Origin: Podarcis cretensis
Lineage: Eukaryota
Direction: 5' to 3'
DNA length: 64,000 bases
NCBI GenBank assembly: GCA_951804945.1
Contig: OX638151.1
Coordinates: 64,914,001 to 64,978,000, forward strand
Shown here: positions 13,031 through 25,681 of the stretch, piece by piece
Layout: every line of letters begins with the position of its first letter
Position numbering within the stretch: the first letter of the stretch is position 1
Translations under genes and position numbers: made by a program
The notes under the pieces: generated by a model
What the model was told of the DNA's origin: nothing
Databases searched by the model: none
The model's input: the letters and a program-made list of their open reading frames with translations, nothing else

Positions 13031-15845
13031 TGAAGAGGCAGCAGAAGAAGATCCAGCCAAAGTTATGTACATTGTTGAGCTTAACTGGTTTCTAGAAGAG
13101 ACCACAGCCATTTTCAGATACTTGTTACCTGCAGTACATTGCCTATTTTGAAATGCATCTCTACATTTTCATTTGAGTTCCATCTTGCACATTTAACGAA
13201 GCCCAAATGTGATGTAGATGCAACAGCACATCCCAGTTGTGCACAGATAGGAAAGGACTGAATCTCAGTGGAAAGACACATGCATGGGGAAAATTCCAGG
13301 TTTAATCCCTGCTAAATCCAATTAAACCAACAAAAAAGCATTAGGCAGAAGGAAATGTGAAAGACCGATTCCTAAAGATCTTGGAGAGATGCCGCAGGAT
13401 AAGATGCACACAGAATAAGTTCGCTTCCTCCATTCTATGTTATATCCTTTGCTAATATTTCTCTGTGTGTGCTGCTTAACCTTCTCCCTGACTTTTCAGA
13501 AGCAAACTAACGGTAAAGCTAGCAGGCCATACAAGTTTATGCACCGTTTATTGTTCCTTGAGCAAAGTGGGAAATGAAAAGCTTCCCATCACAAAATGCT
13601 TCAGTGCAAGGAAATGCCTAACCAGAAGATAAAATAACTGACCTGTATGAAATGAAAACAAATAAAAAGCCAATTTGTCAAATAGCAGCATTTTAAATGC
13701 ACACACGCACAAAACACCAAGTCTTGGGACTTGTATGGGAAACTGAGAATACAAAGCAGTTTGGATCAGCGTCAAAAAGATTCCAGGCAATACTCTCAAG
13801 GAATGACACATTTCAAGAGAATTTGTAACCAGAAGAACACTGTGATAAATTGTAATCACAGCAGGATCCAGCTTTGTGGGAGGTGCCCAATACACAGACA
13901 TCATTTATAGGTTCCCAGTATGACCTACGTCTAAAAGACATTTTAATGATAACAAGGGAAAGTAGATGGATTGTCTGTGCAGAGTGTTGAAGGCCCTGCT
14001 TGTTGTCATCCTCAGCTCCTATAAAGACCAGAGATTTTCAGAGGTATTCATCCGTCTCGCTATCAGCCCACAATACCAAAAGGACGGAACTATCTCAGAT
14101 AAAGCATGCCAGAGAGAGACATTCACGCCTCAGCATTTCCTGTGGGAGTCTGACCCAAATAAAGCCATATTAATAAATATAAATTCTGGACCATTATCGC
14201 CTCCAGAAATGACTGTGCAAGGAAGTTTTACCCTTCGGTTCATATATCCTCCAGAGGTTTTCTTCGGGAGTTCAAACATTCTTCACGGCAACTGGTCAGA
14301 GTGTCAGGCCTTCCCACGGGGACAATTGTGTTTAAATTACATTAAAGACTCAAAGGCTCAGATAGATATCTAAAGCAAGGAGTATAATTTGTTAAATATT
14401 TTAACTAATATGCTATCTGGGAGTCCCATGTACACAGAGACTTTGAAAATGCTTGACAAATAGAGGCAAGCTGGGAGTATTTGCTGTTGTGTCCCCATTT
14501 TCTTATTTAGTTTTGAAGTACTAAAGAATATGAGTAAAAAAATAACATAGCCTGATCAAAACATTTTTGGAGTAGAGGGTGCAATGGCTTTGGAATGGGA
14601 TGTGCAGAACAACACAGAGTTCTTCTTCTTCTTCGTCTTCTTCTTCTTCTTCATTCAGGCCATTTGAATACACAAAGCTGTACTTTCTGATTTTTAAGAA
14701 TGAACTAGGCAACGTCTATTCATAAGAGAAGAAGACATGGATGAAGACACCTGTGTGCATGTTCTAATGAAAATATATTCTGATTTCTCTATTCTTGCAA
14801 TCTGTGATAATCAAAAAGAGATGTGTCCTTTTCCTTAGGAAAAAAAGAGCAAACATACATGAACTTGAGCAAGAATATTTTCCATTAGCATGAATCCTAT
14901 TGAAGGGAATGACCTTGATCCAAAGTTCAGAAAGTATACTACAGTACACACAAGCAGCTACTGGGATTTGTTTCTCCTTTAAGGTCGGCCTGGGTGGTTG
15001 TTTCTTACAACCACATTCCTATCATAATGTTTTTAATGCCAAGTGTATGTGCAGAATTGCAACGAAAATGTACTAGAGATGAACCTCTGAGTTACCTTCT
15101 CAGCTTCTTGTGAAAAACTTGAAGATTCCTGTTCTTGATCTTCTTTTATTAAAAAAATAACTTTGGCATGACTATAACCTTATTCAGGTCACATTAGCCA
15201 TTTCCCTTGGGGGCACCGTCTAATTGCTTCTCAACTGACCCTCCACCTTGTCCCAACAACTTTGCCCCAGAGGTCACTTTGCTAATCCATTATTTTCGTA
15301 GTAGAAAAAAGTGCTTCCTAAGAGTAAGCTTCTGTTCCTATTGGTGCTCAAGTGAGAGTTGATTAAAAGGGAAGGATTCGTAGACAACCTACTCCAGTCT
15401 TACTTAAGGAAACCCAACTTTTATAATATGTACAGACAGGATTTAGATATTGGAAAATAAATATAAAATAAAATGTGCATATGTCTTCACTGTCTTCTTT
15501 TGAAGAAGACAACGGTTGGAGAATCCAGGCCTATGTACCATCAGGCGTCCATGGCCCTCCTGCCCACCCCCCCCTCCCGCATCTCCAGATCCCTACCAAG
15601 TGAGCATGCACTGTAGAGAGTTCAAACCCAATAGGACTAGCAGAAGGAAAGAGCACAACACTTTCTCTGCTGGTGCATCCACCCACTGACACTGCTTTGT
15701 AAAGCCATTTGTCTCCTCAGAGTGCTCTGTGACTCAGTAGAATCCTCGCTGAGAAAGAAACTGCAGGGCTTCATTTCTGCATCACACAAGTTGAAGAAGT
15801 GTGGAATTTGAAGGACAGCTGCATTTCAACTTGTGCAATGAAAAT

Positions 15846-16180
15846 TGTTATGTACTAAGTTGAATAGGATCCAAAATGCAGCAGTCTGATTGGTCCTAGA
15901 ACAATAGGATTCAGAATGCAGCAGTCTGATTGGTCCTAGAACCATAGGATTCAGAATGCAGCAGTCTGATTGGGCCGCAGGAGCCACCCAATCCAACTCC
16001 GGGTGGAAGTGAATCTGCAACATGATTGACCTACAGGAGAATCCCAGAATTAGCCAATCATGTGGGGCCCATTGTGTAAATAATGTATATAAAGCAGACA
16101 TTTCAGGGGAACTTCCATTCCTCACTACTCTGAGCTGAATAAAGAGCATGAAATCCACACTCGACTCCGAGTATATTTCA
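15846..16180 (+). mobile_element. Solo LTR (335 bp) with 5-bp TSD
   Basis: TG...CA ends; TSD AAAAT at 15841-15845 and 16181-16185; TATATAAA near 16086; AATAAA at 16138-16143; about three 40-bp tandem units at 15863-15973, each with ATTGG. Confidence 0.88.
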
Positions 16181-16609
16181 AAAATGCAAACCTTGCTGAA
16201 TTACTTCCCCCTCTCAACCTGCAGTTTATCCAAGGAAGCATTCCGTCATTTCCTAATTTGTGTCCTAGCAATGTCAGGGTGTGGTTTTTTTGAGGGGGGG
16301 GGGCGGTTTGCAGGAGAGTTTCCCCTTCCATTTTCTCAGTCATTCCTATTCCTTCTATGAATGCCTTGTACACAACACATCTTCAGGGAAATGTTTGCAG
16401 CCTGACGTTCAGAATCATAGCATTAAATGCACAAGGCCCCCTCAAAATCACAATAGTGCTTTGCCTGTCCCAGGTAAGTGCTGCAATTATATTTCATTGC
16501 AATTTCTAAAAATAAAATAAAATAAAAATTCACCACAAGATGGTAACAAAGAAAATAGTGGTCTGCAATGATGTGACAAGCACTTTGCCTGAATTCTCCA
16601 GGAAATTCT

Positions 16610-17125
16610 CCATGGAAAAAGGGCTTTGCCTTTGGAGGTCAAGTCAAACTGTTGGAAGGTTACAGCACCTGCCGTGGCTGTATAGACCAATACGGGAGAA
16701 GTATGTTCTGTTGCAGCTGGGGCAGATGAAGGCGTCCAGTTGTGCTGCTGCAGATGCACCATAGCATTTTGTCTCCCTGTGCTTCTGCCAGTGGTCATTC
16801 CTCCTCTGTTCACTGCTATGGATACACAACCTGACTGTCTCCAGATCCCCATTGCTTCTTGAATGGATGTACACACTGTCTTCAGCAGAAGGCCTAAGAA
16901 AGCCACAGGGTGAAGAATATGCTAAAGAAAATTGAGGCAAGAATACAGCCCTGTTTCACACTGCTCTTTATAGGGAAGGCATCTGAGGATGAGCCATCCT
17001 ATTGGACAGTGCCACACATGTTCTTGTGGAAGGACACAATAATCTTGTGAAGCTTATTGAGCAGTGAGAAGAGTCCTTTTCGGCCAATGAGGTCAAAGGT
17101 ATTTGTCAGGTCTATGAGTGCAATG
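16610..17125 (-). mobile_element. RTE-clade LINE fragment (non-BovB), internally deleted
   Basis: Minus strand encodes RT remnants (IDLTNTFDL; DGSSSDAFPIKSSVKQGCILA) and the RTE C-terminal FICPSCNRTYFSRIGLYSH motif. Confidence 0.8.
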
Positions 17126-18447
17126 GGGAAATTAGGCAGGTACTTAATTCATCAATGGCATTTCAAAGTGCTTAATTTTATCTGGACTGGTCCTATTTTA
17201 AAAAATGGAATGGCCCTGTTGTTGGAGGAAAGTTGTTTTCTTTTGTTTGCAGGAAGTTGTATTGCTCATTGCCAAGTGATCACAGAGCACTTACTAATGG
17301 ACAGGGGTGACATTTGCAAAACCACAATAGACAGGCTAGTTGGGGATGGTAAAATAACAGTTTTCTAATTTTTTTTAAGATTTAAATTTCCCCAGTACCA
17401 GCACATTGTGCTTTGAATTCCAGGAAAATACAATGTTCTCATAATGGAAATGCAACCTGGAGGAAAGATACCTGAATTCTTCTTTGGATATAACAAATAA
17501 GCAATTATTGGGCATTTATTGTGCTAAAATGATGGTGTGGGAAAGTGCTGAGGTGGTAGAGGAAACGAGGGAGAGGCTCCAATTTCTTTGAGGGAGGAGG
17601 AAGTCCCCACCCGCCTTCTTGTGAACAAGCAAAGAGGCAGGAGAATGCAGCTAAAGCAAACAACAAAACAGGGTCCTAGGTTGTACATGCTGACAAGAGG
17701 CTAGGCACTGGGATGAAAATGTTTCATCCCAAGTATCCAATATCTGTCCCAATGGACATCTAGTAGGAGGAAGGAGGAAGCATGAGGTTAAGAATTCAGA
17801 AAGATTGGACAGATAGTCAAAGAGCCCGGCTAGATTAGATAGGCTGCAATTCGTTTACCAAGAGCAAGTCCCTGGGGAGTTTCACAATCACAAACATCCT
17901 ACAAGCATTAGAGAGTTTCAACTGTTTAGAAGCCAGTGATAATTGGTAGAACGATGTGTTATTTTATATGCATTTATAGTGATAGCAAACCAACCATTAG
18001 AATGCCTGTGTTTGGGCAAGACTTTGGTTCCTAGACTTTTGTACAGCACCTACAGCCTTTTAGACTTTGGTACCACGTTGCTGCTGCTTCTTCATCATTA
18101 ACGTCAGTATTCAGATCCTTCCTGGATATTAAAACTGTCCTCATAAATGAACAATCTGAAACAGAGGTGAAGATAGGAGGCAATGAATATAAATATATTC
18201 CCGTGTACAAGGAGCCATTTGGGGCGTGGGGAGGATAAATGAGGTATTACGTCAAGGCAGATGGTGATGATTTCAATGCGCACATGGCTTTTTTGCATAA
18301 ATGTGTTCCAGGAGCGGGCCATTTAAATGGCCAGGGTGTGGACCCAAGAAAGCCTTCCTGATCCATTGGCTCCACCCCCTAACCCAGCCCGTGTCCAAGC
18401 CTGCAGCCCCATTTGCCAATTCTGGGTGCAGGCTAGCATCCTGTTCC

Positions 18448-19876
18448 TAGAATCATAGAATCATAGAATCATAGAGTTGGAAGAGACCACAAGGGCCATC
18501 GAGTCCAACCCCCTGCCAAGCAGGAAACACCATCAGAGCACTCCTGACATATGGTTGTCAAGCCTCTGCTTAAAGACCTCCAAAGAAGGAGACTCCACCA
18601 CACTCCTTGGCAGCAAATTCCACTGTCGAACAGCTCTTACTGTCAAGAAGTTCTTCCTAATGTTTAGGTGGAATCTTCTTTCTTGTAGTTTGGATCCATT
18701 GCTCTGTGTCAGCTTCTCTGGAGCAGCAGAAAACAATCTTTCTCCCTCCTCTATGTGACATCCTTTTATATATTTGAACATGGCTATCCCTCTTCTCCAG
18801 GCTAAACATGCCCAGCTCCCTTACCTGTTCCTCATAAGGCATTGTTTCCAGGCCTTTGACCATTTTGGTTGCCCTCCTCTGGACACGTTCCAGTTTGTCA
18901 GTGTCCTTCTTGAACTGTGGTGCCCAGAACTGGACACAGTACTCCAGGTGAGGTCTGACCAGAGCAGAATACAGTGGCACTATTACTTCCCTTGATCTAG
19001 ATGCTATACTCCTATTGATGCAGCCCAGAATTGCATTGGCTTTTTTAGCTGCCGCGTCACATTGTTGGCTCATGTCAAGTTTGTGGTCAACCAAGACTCC
19101 TAGATCCTTTTCACATGTACTGCTCTCAAGCCAGGTGTCACCCATCTTGTATTTGTGCCTCTCATATTTTTTTTACCCAAGTGCAATACTTTACATTTCT
19201 CCCTGTTAAAATTCATCTTGTTTGTTTTGGCCCAGTTCTCTAATCTGTCAAGGTCGTTTTGAAGTGTGATCCTGTCCTCTGGGGTGTTAGCCACCCCTCC
19301 CAGTTTGGTGTCATCTGCAAATTTGATCAGGATGCCCTTGAGTCCATCATCCAAGTCGTTGATAAAGATGTTGAATAAGACCGGGCCCAAGACAGAACCC
19401 TGTGGCACCCCACTAGTCACTCTCCTCCAGGATGAAGAGGAACCATTGATGAGCACCCTTTGGGTTCAGTCAGTCAGCCAGTTACAAATCCACTGAGTGG
19501 TAGCATAGTCAAGTCCGCATTTTACCAGCTTCTTTACAAGAATATCATGGGGCACCTTGTCAAATGCCTTTCTGAAATCAAGGTAGGCTACATCCACTGT
19601 GTTACCTTCATCTACCAGGCTTGTAATTTTGTCAAAAAACGAGATCAGGTTAGTCTGACATGACTTATTTTTCAGAAATCCATGCTGACTATTGGTGATC
19701 ACAGCATTCCTTTCTAGGTGCTCACAGACTGTTTGCTTAATGATCTGCTCCAGAATCTTCCCTGGTATTGATGTCAGACTGACTGGGCGGTAATTATTTG
19801 GGTCCTCTCTTTTCCCCTTTTTGAAAATAGGGACAACAATTGCCCTCCTCCAGTCTGCTGGGACTTCGCCTGTTCT
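18448..19876 (-). mobile_element. Young 5'-truncated CR1 LINE (RT region to tail), frameshifted
   Basis: ORFs 19466-20020, 19100-19456, 18657-19145 and 18533-18781 give [49 protein letters not shown]; (TTCTATGA)3 tail. Confidence 0.97.
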
Positions 19877-20168
19877 TCCACACCACCCATTATGCCTACA
19901 CCACCTATCCGTAGAGGAAGCTGAACCCGGGATTCCCACGTCGGGGTCTGAGAGGGGTCTCCACCATCCTGCAACGCTGCAGGACCAAAAGGGGTGAGCA
20001 GTCTTGCGATACAACAGCAAGAATACATGTCAATTCATCATTACAATAAACTGTCTGATTCCAGTTCATTTCAAAACATAATATGGTTGTCCAAAATAAC
20101 TACAAAATCAAAACAGATCACTTTAATTTCAGAACACTTTAAAATTTGTGGCAATAATCAACTGACCA

Positions 20169-20169
<1 letters not shown>

Positions 20170-20209
<40 letters not shown>
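20170..20209. repeat. (TTA)n microsatellite
   Basis: Direct reading. Confidence 0.95.
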
Positions 20210-20210
<1 letters not shown>

Positions 20211-20349
20211 AATTTGTCTATTGCCTTTCATCCAAAGATGCCAGGGCAGTTCACAACAGAAATCTCATATCTCAGTGGATGGAAACACTCAGAGAAATGC
20301 CACAGCTGATGACCTCAAGGTGCTCCCTAAAAAAGTTTCCCAAGTTCTG

Positions 20350-20950
20350 TTTTTTTATGTATAATTTTTTATTAAATTTTCTGTTTTACAATTTCAAATA
20401 CTCATTGTACATCCTTAAGATATCAATGACTTTCCTTCTTCTCTTTCCATGATTCATTTTACATATCATAAATCCCTGCATATTTTACAAAAACTATACC
20501 ATTCAGTAGTACATTACTGCATCCATAAAAACTTATTTAATGTACACTGTTGAATTTATCTTAATGCTGCCAGCGTTTTCAGCTGTACACAATTATTTCC
20601 CATATATTCAATAAACATTTTCCAATCTTCTTTAAACATTATGTTCTTCTTGTTCTCTTATTCTATATGTTGTGTTTGCAAGTTGTGCATATTCTGTCAA
20701 TTTAAGTTGCCATTCTTCTTTGGTTGGGACCTTGCTCGTTTTCCATTTTGGGGCTAACAAAACATGGGCTACAGTAGTAGCATACAAGCCCCCCCTTTTT
20801 TTTACACCTGGGAATTTCAGTCTGAATTATCCCCAACAGAAAGGACTCTGGTGGGGGGGGGAAAGTACTTTTAAACATTTTTTTCCAATTAATTATGGAT
20901 CATTTCCCAATACTCTTTCACCCTTTTACAAGTCCACCACATATAAAATG
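20350..20950 (-). mobile_element. 5'-truncated L1-clade LINE with 13-bp TSD
   Basis: Minus-strand FYMWWTC and LLGII remnants; T-rich tail with TTTATT; TSD TTCCCAAGTTCTG at 20337-20349 and 20951-20963. Confidence 0.85.
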
Positions 20951-22058
20951 TTCCCAAGTTCTGACTCTGTCTCCTATAGTCTCTCAGCCATGCACCTTCT
21001 GACCAGTCAGGTTTCTTAAAGTCAGGTCTTTTGTCCTCATCTGCAATCACCATCTGGATAAAGCTACCAATGCCTGCAATTGCTTATGCTTACAATTTGC
21101 ATTGTGGGATGAGGGAGGGATTCCTTTGCAACAAAATGGCATTGACCATACTTTCCTGCCTTGAGCACCATGGCCCTGCAGCTGGTTTTTGTTTTATTTT
21201 TTTAAAGAAAACACCCGGAAATTTTAGCACAGATCTTCTGAATGTTGTCTCCTTCAGCCCAACTGCACCTGGCTGCTTTCCTGTAGAGGAATTTACACCC
21301 GCTTCAGAGCACAGACATGACCAGGATTCAACACAACTGTTCAACATATAGAATTATGTGCAATTAGACAAAAGAACTGCACACTTGAAGGCATGTTCAA
21401 AGATCTGTGAGATTATAATCTTGGACATGTCTTCTTTAAGTAAATTGAAAAGTCCCTTTAAACCTTGTGTCCTTAATTTTTCTTCTTCTTCATGCATTAG
21501 CTGTTGAGTTGTCACATAGCTTTGGTCATAGAACTATGTCTGTTCAAGTTCTTCATGTAAAAAATACAAGATGTGAAACCTAGCACAAATATATACATGT
21601 AAAAGGCACATTAAGTAATCAGGGAAAAATGCAACTCTGCCCATGTATTCTTTCAAAAGAGATATAAATATTTACAAATGACAGAGTTAAATCCAACTTG
21701 TGGAAATGATATGTATGCAGGAACTGGAAGAGGAATTGCTGAATTCCAGACAGCATGAGAATGACATATCAGATTCTTTCTGATGGAAATCTTACACAGT
21801 TTTAAAACCATAGGGCAGGGGCAGCAGAAGACAGATGAAATCTGGTTGATTGTCGACTAGCAAGAAGTTCTTGCTCTTAATGGCTTAACAACAATGACCA
21901 AAAGCCCTCCTTTTCCTTACAAATTAAGACACTGATATCAAGGATGCTTGAAAAAGCAAGCGTAGATTTTCCTTTTAAAGGAGATGTGTGGGAAGTCCAG
22001 TTCTGGTACTGAAAACAAATTCCCAGGCTCAACATATGCTCAAACCACCTCCTTCTGT

Positions 22059-22240
22059 GGGCTGCAGCTCAGGGGCAGAACATTGGCCTTGCTTGCAGCA
22101 TGTCCCAGGTTCAATTCCTGCCTGCTCCAGGTAAGGCTAGGATAGACCCATGCCTGAGACCTTGGAGAGTCACTGCCAGTCAGTGTAGACAATACTGAAC
22201 TAGATAGGCCACTTCAGTACCAGGCAGCTTCCTTTCTTCT
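22059..22240 (+). mobile_element. tRNA-derived SINE (Squam3-like)
   Basis: AGCTCAG box A remnant, GGTTCAATTCC box B, GTGTAGACAATACTGAACTAGAT...GGCAGCTTCCT 3' body. Confidence 0.7.
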
Positions 22241-22769
22241 ATGGCTGCTTTCCCAAGACCCTATTTTGTACCTGGCTCTGGTGGGTGGACCTCTAGGTCC
22301 TAGTGGAAAACAAAGCAGAACCTGCAGCTCAAAAGTCTGCTAGTGCCTGCAGAAGGAAGCCTAAATTATAATTTGCACAGTGGTTTTATATTCATGCTTT
22401 ACGCACAGGAGAAATTCTTCCTGGAAGTATAATAGTACTGCCTTTAAGGGCCCATCTGCAGCACAGGCAATAAAACTCAGCTATTAATTAATTATTAAGA
22501 GCTCAGGCGATCCAAAAATTTGGCTGTATTGTTAGTGCATGATTCACAGTTCATGATCCTTTGTTTCTACGTTCCAAAGAACTCAGTTGCTGCTCCTCCT
22601 TTCCAGCTTTTCTTCTTCCTGCACTCACATACTCCTTCGCCAAGAATAAAAAAAAGGTCATTCTTCACTTAAGGGTGGAACATGGCCAGTTCATAGTCAG
22701 CAGCACTGAGCAACCGCCAGGCCATTCTCTCTCTCTGCTGTTTTCAGTGGACTTGCGATGAGGCCAGAC

Positions 22770-23100
22770 TAGTGTAGCTGGGCCAGGATTGGAGTTATAT
22801 GCTCAAACCATCTTGCCCCGGTGAGCAACCTGGCCGCTGAATTCTGCACCAGCTGAAGTTTCTGAACTGTCTTCAGAGGTAGCCCCTTGTATATGCAGCG
22901 ATCTAACCTAGAGGTTACCAGAGCATAGACAACAGGAATTAGGCTATCCCTGTTCATATAGGGGTGCAGCTGGGCCACCACCAAAACTGATGGAAGGGAC
23001 TCTGTGCCACTGAGGCCATCTGAGTCTCACGTGACAGCAATGGGTCCAGAAGTATCCCCAAGCTACGTACCTGCTTCTTCAGAGGGAGTTTAACCCCATC
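22770..23100 (-). mobile_element. L2 LINE ORF2 fragment
   Basis: ORF 22769-22984: ALVTSRLD..GLP..VQKLQLVQNSAARLLTG..HITPILAQLH, a typical L2 motif series. Confidence 0.88.
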
Positions 23101-24652
23101 ATGAGTAGGCCACCACCCATCCATCTGTTCTCATTCTAATCTGGATTGAGCTGCAGTTGAGCTTCGGTTTGATGGCTCTCTTAATAGCAGTTAACAGCAG
23201 GAAGCTATGGGACTAATTGGACATTAAGCAGGATGAGCTCTCCAAAACTTTTGCAGGCACAGTGATGAAAACAGGATGGTTCCAGTGCCATCATGAGCAC
23301 AATACCATCATGCTCCAATACCATCATGAACACAAATCATAAAGAATATGCAATAAAAAGGCTACCTGGAGGTAGCCCTCAAAATCAGCTGGTTGAGGCA
23401 ACCGCTTCATTCTGCCAATGGTAGGCCAAGCCTGGAAAATGAAAATGTTCTTCTTAATCATCCCTATTACTGTACTCTTAGGGTTCAAGAAACTGTTCAG
23501 AATAACATAGGCAAATATGTCTTTGCCCTATTAAACTTACAGTCTGTTTCAACAGTGCAGAGACAGAAGCAAGAGTCCAGGGGAGATGAGATGGAAGAGA
23601 AGGACAACTTTCAGAGATTAGACACCCTGAACGTTTTTGAGAAACAACAAGAAAACCACCAGAAGTTGTCGAGCAATTTTTCAATTGACTTGCCTAAGAT
23701 CCAGGACAAAGCACCACCTTTCATAAATTCCCCCCAGATGTCAATTCCACCTTTGAGATCCCAGCAATGTCCAGGAAAATCTGGATGTATGGCAGCCCTA
23801 GATTAAACATCTGGTTCTCAGAAGTGCTTCTTTTTTGTGGGAGGTTTGCTGGACAGTTAGGAAACTTCACATTATAGGTTTCACAAAAATTCTTCATTTA
23901 GAATAAAACAAACCGATTAAAAGGCAAATACAAAACAAAGGCACAATAATCTAAGCAGGCCCATATCATACTTGAATGACACATCTTCCTTAACACACAT
24001 GCACAACTATGTTTATGGTAGAACACACAAGAAGGTCTATCTGAAATTTAAAAAAATACCTGACTGCTCCAAGATTACTGACCTAAAGAAAAATGTTGTG
24101 GCTGGGCGGGTTGCACCTCTAACCTCCAACCCTTCAACAACAAATGGCCAACTTCTAAGTTAGAGCTTTGACATCCTCCCCTTATGCATCTTTCCTAAAG
24201 ATTTATTTCCTCTGAGGGACTTCATAAAAGACAAAATATTTCTCCTTTCTTTTTGTTTAGTGTTGTTTTATCAAATTTCCTGGCATTTCCTAGATATAAT
24301 GGAAACCTCCTCCTAGGCTTGCAGTTGCTTTCTTCTTTTGTAGCCTCTTCCTGCAAAACATTCCTTTACCCCATGGGATGGTCACATACATGAACTCAGA
24401 GTCTGCATTTTGCTTTGCAGGTTCTCACATGAGCTTTCCGATACAACAAGGATGCATACAGGGCACTTCCAGCTGACTAGTTTTCTGAGCATCCATGTTG
24501 ATTTGTTTACAGGGAGGTTAGACTAGGGCTGTGTCCACATTGCCAGCTTAAAATCCAGCTAAGTCATTATTTTTCTCAACTTCGATCGAAGTCGCTTTCG
24601 GCAAAAACATAGCAAGATGCTATATTTCATCCGAAATAACAGGATATATATA

Positions 24653-24883
24653 CAGTGGTACCTCAGGTTACAGATGCTTCAGGTTTACAGACGCTTCAGG
24701 TTACAGATTCCGCTAACCCAGAAATAGTACCTTGGGTTAAGAACTTTGCTTCAGGATGAGAACAGAAATTGTGCGGTGACAGCAGGAGCCCCATTAGCTA
24801 AAGTGGTACTTCAGGTTAAGAACAGTTTCAGGTTAAGAACTGACCTCCAGAATGAATTAAGTTCTTAACCCAAGGTACCACTG
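24653..24883. mobile_element. Tc1/mariner (Tigger/pogo-like) MITE, TA TSD
   Basis: TIRs CAGTGGTACCTCAGGTTA / TAACCCAAGGTACCACTG with TA on both sides; three copies in the window. Confidence 0.9.
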
Positions 24884-25091
24884 TACATGGCAGATATAGA
24901 TTGGGGTTAACATCATGTGTACACCACTTCTGAAACCAGTGGCGGGATCCCACTGGGTGTGGAGCAAATGGGAGTTGAAAATAGTAAGTCTGGAAGTGCC
25001 ATGGCAGTTATATATTGTATTCATTTAAAAAAAAGAAATCTCCTGTCTCAATTGTATTTTACACATATCTATCAAATCCCCATAAGGCAAA

Positions 25092-25220
25092 CTGGGTAAT
25101 CTTTGGTCAGTGACTCTCTCTACCTAATCTACCACACAGCGTTGTTGTGGCAATAAAATAGAGAAAAGGAGAGCTACATACAGTACCTTGACCTTCTTGG
25201 AGGAAAGGTGATATATAAAG
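25092..25220 (+). mobile_element. Old SINE 3' part (Squam2/CORE-like)
   Basis: Degenerate similarity to the body and tail of the SINEs at 49194 and 62584. Confidence 0.4.
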
Positions 25221-25271
25221 TGTAGCAAGGCTGCAATCCTATACACATTTACCTGGAAGTCCCATTGGAAT

Positions 25272-25681
25272 CAAGCCAAGCCTTATGAGGAACGGTTGAA
25301 GGAGCTAGGTATGTTTAGCCTGGAAAAGAGACTGAGAGGGGATAAGATAGCCATCTTCAAATACATAAAGGTCTGTCACATGGAAGATGGAGCAAGCTTG
25401 TTTTCTCCTGCTCTGGAAGGTAGCACTCAAACCAATGGCTTCAAGTTACAAGAAAGGAGATTCCGACTAAACACACGAAAAAACTTTCTGGCAGTAAGAG
25501 CTGTTTGACAGTGGAACAGTCTCCCTTGGGAGGTGGTGGACTCTCCTTCCTTGGAGGTTTTTAAGCAGAAGTTGGATGGTCATCTATCTTGGATGCTCTA
25601 GTTTAGATTCCTGCATTGCAGAGGGTTGGAGTAGTTGACCCTTGAGGTCCCTTCCAACTCTAAGAGTCTGCAATTCTATGA
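25272..25681 (+). mobile_element. CR1 3' end
   Basis: ORF 25296-25508 [30 protein letters not shown]; tail ends TTCTATGA. Confidence 0.92.

Noticed and set aside
15863-15973. 40-bp direct repeats resembling a CRISPR array
   Set aside because: No unique spacers, no cas genes, eukaryotic context; these are tandem units inside an LTR.
23393-23806. 137-aa ORF
   Set aside because: Non-ATG start, no recognisable domain, and the end runs into a repeat-like terminus (GGCAGCCCTA).
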